A stretch of DNA of 64,000 nucleotides. Origin: Oscillospiraceae bacterium. GTDB taxonomy: Bacteria > Bacillota > Clostridia > Oscillospirales > Ruminococcaceae. The stretch covers positions 7,414 through 71,413 of the forward strand of contig JAKSPL010000006.1 in NCBI GenBank assembly GCA_024404815.1, written 5' to 3'. How positions within the stretch are numbered: the stretch's first letter is position 1; every line of letters starts with the position of its first letter. A program made the translations under genes and the position numbers. Shown here piece after piece: positions 25,658-34,451 of this stretch. The notes beneath the pieces are model-generated. The model did not search any database, had not been told where the DNA came from, and saw only the letters and a program-made list of their open reading frames with translations.

Positions 25658-26109
25658 TTTATCATTTGCAGGAGATACTCTGTGGTATCTTCCTCAAGTT
25701 TCTTTTGTTGGGTGAGGCGGAAGCCGTTTCGCTGATAAAAACGGACCGCTCGCGGATTTTTTTCGAGGACCCAAAGGTGATCTGCGCCAAGCCGTTCGAC
25801 TGCAAAATGCAGCAGCTTCGCACCGATCTGCTGATTCTGAAATGTCGGTTCCACAAACAGCTTTTCGATCTCTGTCCCGTTCATACGAAGCACACCTTTG
25901 ACGATGCCGTTCTCCTCAAAGACATAGGTATTCTCCAGAATCAACGGATCTTCGCGGTATTGCTGTATGGCATCTGCGACATTCAGCTCGAAAAAATAGA
26001 ACGCATCGTTCCGAAAAATCGGGTAGAAATTCACGCGGTAATTTGTGATGATGATTTCTGCCACACGGGAAGCGTCCGTCTGTGCGGCTTGTCGAATCGT
26101 TTGTTCCAT
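25654..26109 (-). CDS. GNAT family N-acetyltransferase
   Basis: MEQTIRQAAQTDASRVAEI...LFVEPTFQNQQIGAKLLHFAVE. ATG at 26109 chosen because the listed 26199 start would overlap the MscS gene. Confidence 0.8.
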   Translation of the reverse strand: MEQTIRQAAQTDASRVAEIIITNYRVNFYPIFRNDAFYFFELNVADAIQQYREDPLILENTYVFEENGIVKGVLRMNGTEIEKLFVEPTFQNQQIGAKLLHFAVERLGADHLWVLEKNPRAVRFYQRNGFRLTQQKKLEEDTTEYLLQMIK

Positions 26110-26113
26110 GTGT

Positions 26114-26989
26114 TTACTCCCTGCCTGACGGCATATTGTGTACACAGATCTGCGGATAGGGAATCTCGATATCGGCAGCGTCCAAAGCCTTTTTGGCAAT
26201 GCGCAGAAGTTCAGGTTTTGCTGTGAAATAATCTTTTGCCTCTACCCAGACCAACAGCGTCAGCTTGATGGCGCTGTCGCCGTGTTCGGACATCGAAACA
26301 GACGGCGGCGGTGATGAAAGTGCAGGTTTGTAGGTCTTGACTGCATCCAGCAGCACCGTGCAGACGGTATCGAAATCCGCATCGTAGACAACCGAAAGCG
26401 GTACGCTGATTCGCACATCGCCCTGCTGCGAGAGATTGATAATTTCGCCGGAGGACACCATACCGTTCGGCAGGTAAAATGTGCGGTGGTCGCGTGCAGT
26501 CAGTCGGGTATAGAGAATCGACACAGATTCGACATATCCCTCCGCATCTCCGACAATGATATAATCCCCGACGGAGAACAGCTTTGCAAAGAGAATAATA
26601 AAACCGCCGGCGACATTCGAGAGGGAATTTTGCAGCGCAAGTCCGACCGCAAGACCGGCCGCACCAACGACCGCCACAATACTTGTCATCGGTACACCGA
26701 GAATGGCAAGGCAGATGATGGTCAGCAGCGCATAGAGGAGAATGCGGCAGAGGGAATGTCCGAAAGAGGAGGCGGTTTTCTCGACACTTGCACGTTTGAC
26801 GGCGTGTGTGATCAGTTTGGAGAACAGCTTTGCGAGAAGCAGTCCGACCAGAAAGACGATGCACGCGATGACGAGATTCGGCAGAAAGGCAAGAAATTTT
26901 GCGCCAAGCTGTGCAAAGAGGCCCCCTGTCTGCTTGACGGCGGCTTCACCGTTTTCAAGATAATTCATCGAAGTATCAAGCATCAGCAT
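26114..26989 (-). CDS. Mechanosensitive ion channel (MscS family)
   Basis: TM3/beta-domain signature LQNSLSNVAGGFIILFAKLFSVGDYIIVGDAEGYVESVSILYTRLTARDHRTFYLPNG. Start uncertain (26968-27028). Confidence 0.85.
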   Translation of the reverse strand: MLMLDTSMNYLENGEAAVKQTGGLFAQLGAKFLAFLPNLVIACIVFLVGLLLAKLFSKLITHAVKRASVEKTASSFGHSLCRILLYALLTIICLAILGVPMTSIVAVVGAAGLAVGLALQNSLSNVAGGFIILFAKLFSVGDYIIVGDAEGYVESVSILYTRLTARDHRTFYLPNGMVSSGEIINLSQQGDVRISVPLSVVYDADFDTVCTVLLDAVKTYKPALSSPPPSVSMSEHGDSAIKLTLLVWVEAKDYFTAKPELLRIAKKALDAADIEIPYPQICVHNMPSGRE

Positions 26990-27707
26990 CTTTTTTTGCC
27001 TCTTTCGGATTGTCCGTTTTCGGGACACGCTTTTTCTTTTTCGTATCTTTCAGCGGAGTGATCTCATCGAACATTGCAAAATATTTGACAGGAATGTAGC
27101 GGTTCAGGTGGCATTTTCCGAAATACCATGCCTGAAATTCGCAGACGGTGATCAGATCCTCAAAGAATGCATGGACTTCCAATCGCTGCATCGTATCGAC
27201 GCGCAGGCAGTCCTTGACAGAAGCAGGCGGTTCATGTGTAATGATATAATCGACTTTGTTTCCGTGCTTTTTGAGGGTATCAGCGGCGGCAAGTATCTCC
27301 TGATAGGTCGGCTGTTCGCGTTCCCACCAGTTTTCTGACGAGCGAAATTCGAAATCCTGACTGTGACCGCCGCCGAATGTAAAGAATTTCTTGCCGCAGA
27401 TGGTATAGACCTGACCGCGCATGAGGTGGATAAGGTTGGGGGCGATAATGCGGGCAGTACCGCCGTTCCAGTTTTCTGTCGGGTACTTTTCGAGCAGATC
27501 GAAATTCTCGTGACAGCCGTCCACAAAGCAGACGGTATATTTCAGTTCCGCGATTTTGCGGAGCAGTTTTTGTTCTTTTTTGGAATCGTTCCAGATAAAA
27601 CCGAAATCACCGCAGATGATAAGAAAATCGTTTTCGGTGGCTTTTTTGAGGATCGGAGCCTGAAAACGGGAAAAATCTCCGTGCGTATCGCCTGTGACGT
27701 AAACCAA
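26976..27707 (-). CDS. Metallophosphoesterase (calcineurin-like)
   Basis: VYVTGDTHGD, ICGDFGF, GCHEN, ITHEPP motifs. TTG start 8 nt after AAAGGAG. Confidence 0.85.
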   Translation of the reverse strand: MVYVTGDTHGDFSRFQAPILKKATENDFLIICGDFGFIWNDSKKEQKLLRKIAELKYTVCFVDGCHENFDLLEKYPTENWNGGTARIIAPNLIHLMRGQVYTICGKKFFTFGGGHSQDFEFRSSENWWEREQPTYQEILAAADTLKKHGNKVDYIITHEPPASVKDCLRVDTMQRLEVHAFFEDLITVCEFQAWYFGKCHLNRYIPVKYFAMFDEITPLKDTKKKKRVPKTDNPKEAKKDADA

Positions 27708-27880
27708 TTTGCTTACTCCTTTCGAATGGGTGTACTAGGGCAACACCGCACAAAGTACGCCTGACGGCTTGGCGGTATTGCCATAGAACATTATACCCGT
27801 TTCGGAGTAGAATGTCAAGCGGAACGATTCTGTGCAGGTGACTTTGCCCGAAATTGAGAGAAAAAAGGACGGTGTCGGTA

Positions 27881-28135
27881 AAGTTGTATCTGCGATTACA
27901 GCAGAAATCATTTGTTGAATGCGGGCGGCCACAAGTCGCCCTACGAATCGCATATGAAAGGTTCTTATATCGAAAGCTTTACTCGATTTTTCTCGAAAAA
28001 TCGCAGGTTCTTAGGGCAGCGCCCTAAGTCGCGCTCCGCAGAGCGCGAAACACCCCTCTCCTTAAAAAACGCAGGAAAGGGTGAATTTGATTGCGGAGCA
28101 ATCAAAGAGGGGAAACCCCAACGAGGGGTTTCCCC
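27881..28135 (+). repeat. Structured multi-hairpin intergenic repeat, copy 1 (MITE-like)
   Basis: Chain of hairpins: gggcggc/gtcgccc, cgattttt/aaaaatcg, cttagggc/gccctaag, tcgcgctc/gagcgcga, ggggaaacccc/ggggtttcccc. Homologous in inverted orientation to 46605-46840. Confidence 0.8.
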
Positions 28136-28163
28136 TTGTTCATCCATGCTTTTCCGACAGAAT

Positions 28164-28196
28164 GAAAAGGACGGCCAAAGACCGTCCTTTTCTTAC
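28164..28196. terminator. Intrinsic terminator after the AraC/GyrI gene
   Basis: aaaaggacgg / ccgtcctttt stem with A- and T-runs, 9 nt beyond the stop at 28205. Confidence 0.75.
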
Positions 28197-28204
28197 GTTA
28201 ACCG

Positions 28205-29107
28205 TTATTTCTTTTTCTTTACAGGCACCCAGATGGCAGACTCATAGTCCGCGTCTGATTTTTCACCGTCACAGCTATACCACTCGATATTGAGCGGTGC
28301 GGCGATCTCATAGTCGGGATTATTCGGCAGCCAACTGCGGAACACTTCTGTATTGAGGGTTTGGAGCGCATCCGGCATCGGACCGAATGTCTTGAATTTT
28401 GCCCATTGGAAGTACGGGATCTCGACAAGCGTCATGCCCTCAGGTACTTCGCCGCCTGTATACTTTCCGCCGATGAGATAGCGGAATTTTCCGCCGCCGA
28501 TGTCATCTATGCACACGCCGTATTCTCCGATGCAGTTGTCCATAATTGCCTGCTCAAAGGGATTTTTCGGCTGCATGGTTTCATAGAGCGGATTGGCATA
28601 CTTTTCGCAGATCTCGTCCCAGAATTTCGGGATCTCCGCATACGCTGTTTCATAGTCGAAATCTCTTGCAAATCCGATGATTTTGAACGGGAACATCGGA
28701 GAAACCGTAAAGTGTAGATCCTGCATACTGTTTCCTCCCTGAATTGACAGATTGATTTTCAGAGGCAGATAAACGACAGGCTTTGCATTTGCCTTGCGGA
28801 TCTGTGCTGGAGAAATGCCGTGGAAACGGGTGAATGCTTTTGTGAAGCTTTCGGGGGTATCGTAGCCGTATTTGTAAGCCGCGTCGATGATCTTGATATC
28901 CGTCGAAAGAATCTCCTCCGCGGCGAGAGATAGTCTGCGATTACGGATATATTCGGAAATCGTGCTGCCTGAGAGAATCTGAAATCCTTTTTGGAGATAG
29001 AGCGGAGAGAGATACACCTGCTCCGCTATCTCCGAAAGTGTCAGATTTTCGAGCAAATGCGCTTCGATATACTGAATCGTATTGCTGAGTGCGGTGACCC
29101 ATTCCAT
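28205..29107 (-). CDS. AraC family regulator with GyrI-like effector-binding domain
   Basis: N-terminal HTH LTLSEIAEQVYLSPLYLQKGF...DTPESFTKAFTRFHGISP. The C-terminal ~160 aa are GyrI-like (IIGFARDFDYE...YESAIWVPV). Confidence 0.9.
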   Translation of the reverse strand: MEWVTALSNTIQYIEAHLLENLTLSEIAEQVYLSPLYLQKGFQILSGSTISEYIRNRRLSLAAEEILSTDIKIIDAAYKYGYDTPESFTKAFTRFHGISPAQIRKANAKPVVYLPLKINLSIQGGNSMQDLHFTVSPMFPFKIIGFARDFDYETAYAEIPKFWDEICEKYANPLYETMQPKNPFEQAIMDNCIGEYGVCIDDIGGGKFRYLIGGKYTGGEVPEGMTLVEIPYFQWAKFKTFGPMPDALQTLNTEVFRSWLPNNPDYEIAAPLNIEWYSCDGEKSDADYESAIWVPVKKKK

Positions 29108-29210
29108 GTCAGAACCCTGCCTTTCGTTTGCCTCTGTTCTTATGATAGCACAGAACGGGGAGAAATTCCTGTCTTTTTCGGCAGGATTTTGTCAGTATAA
29201 AACGGAAGGC

Positions 29211-30293
29211 TCATCCGCGGTACATATAGTATGTAGAATCGCCATAGAACCGTACTGCATAGCCGTTGTTGGTGCTGACACCGCGTGCAGGGTAAATGTA
29301 GACATAGGCTTCAACAGTTTCACCGATCGAGTAGTCATATCCTGAAACCCACATGGAAAAGGCTCTGCTGTCATTCAGAAGTACCTGACTTTCGTCCACT
29401 TCTTCGGCTGCCCAGTAGGTTTTGTCGTTGATCGTAATGGAGGGGAACTTTTCGATCGGGTTACTGTATCCCTCCGTGTACGAAGAAACAGGAGGACAAG
29501 TGGTTGTATTATATTCGATGGACGAAGAAATAGGAGGACGAGTGTACGAGGTATAAGCTGTAGTGGTGGTCGTCGTTCTAATCGTCGTTCTAGTCGTTGT
29601 AGTGGTCGTTGTGCTGCGTGAGGAAGAAGTCGTTCTGGTGATTCTGCTTGAGGTATATGTGCTTTCAGCTGTGGTACGGCTTGATGATGTAGTACGTGAG
29701 GTGGTATGCGAGGTAGTCGTAGGAATATAGTGCGTTGTGGAAGCTGTTGTTCTGGTACCGGAATTTGTCAGCGAGGTGGAAGTTCTGGCTGTGGTGGAGG
29801 TGCTGATGTGCGGAGTTGTGGCAAGGGTTGCCGTTGTACTGCCGCTCAGGTTTTCGGTCGATGTGGTATGCGTCATGCCCGATTCCGAAGCAGATGCAGA
29901 CGAACTGCTGCTGGAGGTGCCTGTACTGCTGCTGCCCGATGCAGAACTGTCAGAAGAAGCGCTGCTGCTTGCAGACGACTGGCTGTCAGAGGAAATATCC
30001 CAAGTATTGTCGGTCACAATGCCCGAATCGGAAACAGATGTATTGTCTGTCAGAGAAGTGACGGTGGAAGTGGTTGTCGTGGTTGGCGGTTCAGGCTTGA
30101 TCTGCGGTTTGGACTTTGCGGCATAGAATACCAGACCGCCGCAGGCAAGTGCGATACACGCAGCCATTACCGCCCATTTTCTCCATGCGATAATAGGCTT
30201 CTTTTCGGAGGCTTCTGCATCTATCGGTTCTGCGTCAAGGATCCACTCATCGGAAAGGTCGCCGATTGCGGAAAATAACGATTTCACGTTCAT
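29211..30293 (-). CDS. Putative anti-sigma factor: N-terminal cytoplasmic segment, one TM helix, ~200-aa Ser/Thr-rich region, C-terminal globular domain
   Basis: ATG at 30293 overlaps the sigma-factor stop (ATGA). WRKWAVMAACIALACGGLVFYA is the TM helix, followed by a long S/T-rich tract. Confidence 0.7.
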   Translation of the reverse strand: MNVKSLFSAIGDLSDEWILDAEPIDAEASEKKPIIAWRKWAVMAACIALACGGLVFYAAKSKPQIKPEPPTTTTTSTVTSLTDNTSVSDSGIVTDNTWDISSDSQSSASSSASSDSSASGSSSTGTSSSSSSASASESGMTHTTSTENLSGSTTATLATTPHISTSTTARTSTSLTNSGTRTTASTTHYIPTTTSHTTSRTTSSSRTTAESTYTSSRITRTTSSSRSTTTTTTTRTTIRTTTTTTAYTSYTRPPISSSIEYNTTTCPPVSSYTEGYSNPIEKFPSITINDKTYWAAEEVDESQVLLNDSRAFSMWVSGYDYSIGETVEAYVYIYPARGVSTNNGYAVRFYGDSTYYMYRG

Positions 30294-30853
30294 AGATTCC
30301 AGTCCTCCTTTCCAAGCCATTCGCGCAGTTCTTCGCGCATACGGAGCAGACGCATTTTGACACGGCTTTCTTTCATGCCATAGCGTTCTGCAATATCGGA
30401 GATGGAACAGCAGTACCAGTATCTTTGGAGAAACATTCTGCGGTTTTCATCGGACTGTGTGGCAAGGTAGCCTGTAATACAGTCGCGGAGCGCAGACTGT
30501 TCTGCGGTTTCATCAGGGGAGGCTTCGCTGCTGGGAAGACATTCTGCAAGCTCATCGAGTGTTTGGGTCGTGTTGTCACCGCCGCGTTTGAGGGAATGTT
30601 GACTTGAATGGCGGTCGATGGCGAGGTTTCGAACAATTTTACCCAGATAGGCTTTCAGATTATCGGGACAGGCAGGCGGAATGCTGTTCCACGCACGGAA
30701 AATCGTATCATTGACGCATTCTTTGGCATCTTCGAGATTGCCGAGGATACGCTGTGCAACGGAAGTCAGGTAGTTGCCGAATTTGGATTCTGTGTGAGCG
30801 ATCGCCTGTTCGTTGCGGGCGTTAAAGAATGCGATTAACGCTTTGTCATCCAT
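30290..30853 (-). CDS. ECF-type RNA polymerase sigma-70 family factor
   Basis: Region 2 (DAKECVNDTIFRAWNSI) and region 4 (MFLQRYWYCCSISDIAERYGMKESRVKMRLLRMREEL). ATG at 30853 after AAGGAGG. Confidence 0.9.
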   Translation of the reverse strand: MDDKALIAFFNARNEQAIAHTESKFGNYLTSVAQRILGNLEDAKECVNDTIFRAWNSIPPACPDNLKAYLGKIVRNLAIDRHSSQHSLKRGGDNTTQTLDELAECLPSSEASPDETAEQSALRDCITGYLATQSDENRRMFLQRYWYCCSISDIAERYGMKESRVKMRLLRMREELREWLGKEDWNL

Positions 30854-30907
30854 GCAGAAGCCTCCTTTCATAGATATAGACGGTAAAACGATGCAAACCG
30901 TCACATT

Positions 30908-31123
30908 TTATTTTTCGGAATCTCTTTGAAATTCCAGAATGTCGCCCGGCTGACAGTCGAGGACATCACAAATCGCGTTGAGGGTGGAGAATCGCACCGC
31001 GCTGACCTTTCCCGTTTTGAGTTTGGAGAGGTTGACGTTTGCGACGCCGACCTTTTCGGAAAGCTCATTGAGCGAGATCTTTCGGTCAGCCATTACGCGG
31101 TCAAGCCGAAGAATAATTGCCAT
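30908..31123 (-). CDS. XRE-family HTH transcriptional regulator (YozG-like)
   Basis: MAIILRLDRVMADRKISLNELSEKVGVANVNLSKLKTGKVSAVRFSTLNAICDVLDCQPGDILEF. AAAGGAGA RBS. Confidence 0.9.
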   Translation of the reverse strand: MAIILRLDRVMADRKISLNELSEKVGVANVNLSKLKTGKVSAVRFSTLNAICDVLDCQPGDILEFQRDSEK

Positions 31124-31141
31124 ATTGCGAATTCTCCTTTC

Positions 31142-31765
31142 TTACAGCGTTTCGTCGGATTCCTGCTGGAGTTCTGCACCGTAGCGAAATACACGGGCGA
31201 GCAAAAGGATAATCAGGAATGCGACAAAGTATTTGGGCGTCGCGGTCAAGTTGATGTTCAGGTAGGGTTTATCTACAATGTTTGTATTCAGAAGCTGTGT
31301 GAAATCAATGCTCTTGAACAGAATAACGGATGAGATACCGTGCAGAACATCTGTCAGAATGCCGTCAATCAGAACAACAATGCCGATATTGCGAATGTTC
31401 TTTGAAACAGAAAGCGCAAACGGTTTTCCTTCACAGACGGATTGGAGAATGCGGGCGGCAAATGCAAACTCCACGGCGATGATCGCAAATACAGGCAGAA
31501 AGCTGCCGAGAAGGATGAGTGCCTGTTGTTTGGTGAACGACGAAACCACACCGTTCATATCTTTGAGTGGGAAACAGATGTCTGCCAGTTGGAGAAGCGG
31601 CGTACCTGTGCCGTTCAGACTGATGGCTTCGGGATCAACAACACCCGCTGCAATGAGGATGAATACAAAGAGAATAAGGATGCTGCAGGCAATGCTTAAT
31701 ACACAGAGAATGTTGAAGAATGTACGAAAACCTTTCGCACTTTTTTGCATTTTATTCATTTCCAT
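31142..31765 (-). CDS. DUF2975-like membrane protein
   Basis: Multi-pass membrane protein directly upstream of a YozG-type XRE gene, the usual DUF2975 pairing. Start uncertain (31750-31765). Confidence 0.7.
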   Translation of the reverse strand: MEMNKMQKSAKGFRTFFNILCVLSIACSILILFVFILIAAGVVDPEAISLNGTGTPLLQLADICFPLKDMNGVVSSFTKQQALILLGSFLPVFAIIAVEFAFAARILQSVCEGKPFALSVSKNIRNIGIVVLIDGILTDVLHGISSVILFKSIDFTQLLNTNIVDKPYLNINLTATPKYFVAFLIILLLARVFRYGAELQQESDETL

Positions 31766-31851
31766 AAGTATACCAATCCTTTCGCAGGGGAGAAAAATTA
31801 TTTTTGGCTGTCCTTGTACTTCGGATCGCCTTGTTCCCCTGTCATGATTGT

Positions 31852-31880
31852 AGTATACCACGGAAGTTTACGCTTGTCAA
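31852..31880 (-). promoter_or_regulatory. Putative sigma-A promoter, -35 TTGACA / 17 nt / -10 TATACT (minus strand)
   Basis: Reverse complement reads aTTGACAagcgtaaacttccgtggTATACT. The palindrome TTAACG-n5-CGTTAA lies just upstream at 31888-31904. Confidence 0.6.
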
Positions 31881-31964
31881 TAACTAATTAACGATAAACG
31901 TTAAAATTCTAATGAGAAATATAAAACGAGAAGCAAAATCAAGATTCGGATTGGTAATTATTCA

Positions 31965-32002
31965 CAAAAACGCCCTATGCGTTTCACATCAGGGCGTTTT
32001 CG
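31965..32002 (-). terminator. Intrinsic terminator after the M15 peptidase gene
   Basis: aaaacgccct / agggcgtttt stem; minus-strand reading followed by tttttgtg. Confidence 0.8.
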
Positions 32003-32012
32003 GAATGATGTA

Positions 32013-33104
32013 TTATTCGTCTAGGACGATTGCTTCGGTCGTGGTCGTTTCGGGTGCTGCGGCATCCGTGTCAGGTGTGGTGCCTGCTGCGCCGCCGCGC
32101 TGTAAGGTAATGATATAGCCGCTGAGGTTATCGCCCGAGATCACATAGTCTGCGTCCGCAGGGACAGAAACATCTGTTGCGGTCGCACCGACAGCGGCAG
32201 GGTAGTAGTAGACTTCGTAGCTTGTGCCGCCTGCGTCCACCATCAGGTGCTGTTTTTCATAGGAATGCTCGTTTTTCAGCAGTTCGAGGTATTCTTCCAG
32301 ACAGAGATTCTGCGCGGACATATAGGTTGCGTGCGGAACGCCGACATAGCGGTAGTGCCATGTGCAGCCGGGCTGACCTGTAATTGCGGACTTATCGTCT
32401 GCAAAACGGAGGACAAAGCCGTATTCTGCGGCGTGCTGCGGGAACCATGCGAATTTATCTGTGCCTGTAAACGGAGTGTGGCTGCTGACGGCATCGTCCC
32501 AGACGGCAAGGTCTATGGTCAGACCTGTCAGACGTTCGGGGATGACAGCGCTGTATGCAGCGGCAGTCGTTGAGTTCATTGTGCAGTAGATCATCGTATT
32601 TCCGAAGTTCGACACTTTATAGAAGTCGTTGAACATACTGACCAGCGGTTCGATCATCTCGTTGTTGATGGTGAGATTTTTGGTGGGCAGACGGAAATGG
32701 TCATAGGTGATGTTGAGGAAAGGTGTTGTTGCGGGTGTAGAAGTCAGCGGATGTGCGCTGTCCACAAGAAGCAGGTTACCTGTGTGAACATCGTTCGCAG
32801 GGACAGAGATCGTTTTGTCGCCTGTCGGTGCAGCGGCTGCTGTTGTGGTGACATCGGTCACAAGTCCAACACTGTTGTTTGCATCCGTCACACGCGGCGA
32901 ACTCTGTGCGGCACCGTTGGTGACATCTGTGGTGGCAGGTTCATCGGGTTCTGTGCCGTCAGAGGAAACGCTGACGATCTCGGGTTCTTTGCGCAATCCT
33001 CGCATATCAATGACACGTCTGCGGACAAAGTCCACCACAAAGATTCCCATGATCAGAAATACCAGCAGAAAAATCAAACTGCCATAATCAACGCGCCGTT
33101 TCAT
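32013..33104 (-). CDS. D-alanyl-D-alanine carboxypeptidase family protein (VanY/M15B-like), membrane-anchored
   Basis: N-terminal TM helix (LIFLLVFLIMGIFVV). C-terminal EYGFVLRF...CTWHYRYVGVPHA, characteristic of VanY-type peptidases. Confidence 0.8.
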   Translation of the reverse strand: MKRRVDYGSLIFLLVFLIMGIFVVDFVRRRVIDMRGLRKEPEIVSVSSDGTEPDEPATTDVTNGAAQSSPRVTDANNSVGLVTDVTTTAAAAPTGDKTISVPANDVHTGNLLLVDSAHPLTSTPATTPFLNITYDHFRLPTKNLTINNEMIEPLVSMFNDFYKVSNFGNTMIYCTMNSTTAAAYSAVIPERLTGLTIDLAVWDDAVSSHTPFTGTDKFAWFPQHAAEYGFVLRFADDKSAITGQPGCTWHYRYVGVPHATYMSAQNLCLEEYLELLKNEHSYEKQHLMVDAGGTSYEVYYYPAAVGATATDVSVPADADYVISGDNLSGYIITLQRGGAAGTTPDTDAAAPETTTTEAIVLDE

Positions 33105-33137
33105 AGATACGACTCCTTTCAGTAAACATCCTGAATT

Positions 33138-33761
33138 TTAATTTTGTGCCTGTGAATCGGGTAATGCGGGGGGGATTAAATCTGCGACCGCCTTTGTCAT
33201 GGCGATTTTGATTGCTTTCAGTTCTGCGGGACGGGGGTCGGCAGGATTGTCGCAGGGGAGTGCGAGCGGTTTTCCGTACTGCACGCAGATCTTGCTGCGG
33301 AAATGCAGGTTTCCTTCGAACGAGATACCGACAGGAACAACAGGAACACCTGTTTGTGCGGCGATGAGTGCAGCACCGGTTTTGAATTTGCCGAGGGTGC
33401 CGTCTTTGGAGCGGGTGCCTTCCGGGAAAATGAGTGCATTTTCGCCGTTTTTCAGCTTTCCGCACAGTTCTTCGATCGGGGAGAGGTCGCCTGCACCGCG
33501 GTCAACGGCAATGGCACCGAGTTTTTTCAGCAGCCAGCCGATAAAACCGCTTTCGAACAATTCCTGCTTTGCAAGAAAACAAAACGGTGTTTTGGCATTC
33601 TGAATGCCGATCAGAATCGGGTCAGCCATGCTTCTGTGGTTGCTGATGAACAAATATCCGCCGTCAGTCGGCAGTTGTTCTGCGCCTTTGGTTTCGATTT
33701 TGTACCAGAGCGGCATGACCACTTTGAGAACATGGACTGCAAAAGAATAAAATCCGCTCAT
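33138..33761 (-). CDS. plsC: 1-acyl-sn-glycerol-3-phosphate acyltransferase
   Basis: HX4D motif NHRSMADP and FPEGTRS motif. ATGA overlap with cmk. Confidence 0.9.
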   Translation of the reverse strand: MSGFYSFAVHVLKVVMPLWYKIETKGAEQLPTDGGYLFISNHRSMADPILIGIQNAKTPFCFLAKQELFESGFIGWLLKKLGAIAVDRGAGDLSPIEELCGKLKNGENALIFPEGTRSKDGTLGKFKTGAALIAAQTGVPVVPVGISFEGNLHFRSKICVQYGKPLALPCDNPADPRPAELKAIKIAMTKAVADLIPPALPDSQAQN

Positions 33762-34435
33762 TGTGCCAGTTTCTCCTGACAGATGCGGAGCAAAAGTGCT
33801 TCGGATTCTTCCAGCGTCAGATCGCTGGTTTCCGCAAGAACAGCATCCTCTGCCTGTTTGAGCGGTGCGATCTCGCGTGACATATCCTGTTTGTCGCGCT
33901 GAATGACATCCGCCAGCACTTCTTCAAAGGTCGGTGCGGAATCAGGCTGTTTTTCCTGCAATTCGAGGAAACGGCGCATTGCACGTTTCTCCGCAGATGC
34001 GGTGAGATAAATTTTCACCTGCGCGTCGGGCAGTACCACTGTACCGATATCTCTGCCGTCCATGACGACATTGGTCTGCTTGGCAAGATTTCTCTGGGTA
34101 TCGAGCAGGAATGCGCGGACTTCAGGAATCGCCGACACTCTGGATGCACCCATAGAAACTTCGGGTGTGCGGATAAAATCAGATACATCCTCGCCGTTTG
34201 CATAAACGTGCTGGACACCGTCTGTACCGTAGCCGAGCGACACGGTCAATGTCGGGAGCAGGGCAATGACTGCCTCTGCGGTCAGCGCATTCTTTTGAAT
34301 GGTGTAGTAGGCGATGGTGCGGTACATCGCACCCGTATCGACATAGACATAGCCGAGATTTTTCGCAAGACGGCGTGCGAGTGTGCTTTTTCCTGCACCG
34401 CTCGGGCCGTCAATGGCAATGCTGACAGGTTTCAT
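33758..34435 (-). CDS. cmk: Cytidylate kinase
   Basis: IAIDGPSGAGKST P-loop, YVDTGAMYR, MDGRDIGTVVLPDA. Confidence 0.95.
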   Translation of the reverse strand: MKPVSIAIDGPSGAGKSTLARRLAKNLGYVYVDTGAMYRTIAYYTIQKNALTAEAVIALLPTLTVSLGYGTDGVQHVYANGEDVSDFIRTPEVSMGASRVSAIPEVRAFLLDTQRNLAKQTNVVMDGRDIGTVVLPDAQVKIYLTASAEKRAMRRFLELQEKQPDSAPTFEEVLADVIQRDKQDMSREIAPLKQAEDAVLAETSDLTLEESEALLLRICQEKLAQ

Positions 34436-34451
34436 ATAGGAGAGCCTCCGA

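Noticed and set aside
27912-28247. ORFs of 111, 60 and 70 aa in the 27.9-28.3 kb intergenic region, and the 239-aa ORF at 46139-46858
   Set aside because: They lie inside the hairpin-rich repeat element. No consistent reading frame is evident across the differences between the two copies, and they have no RBS. The 46139-46858 ORF also runs antisense into the CPBP gene.
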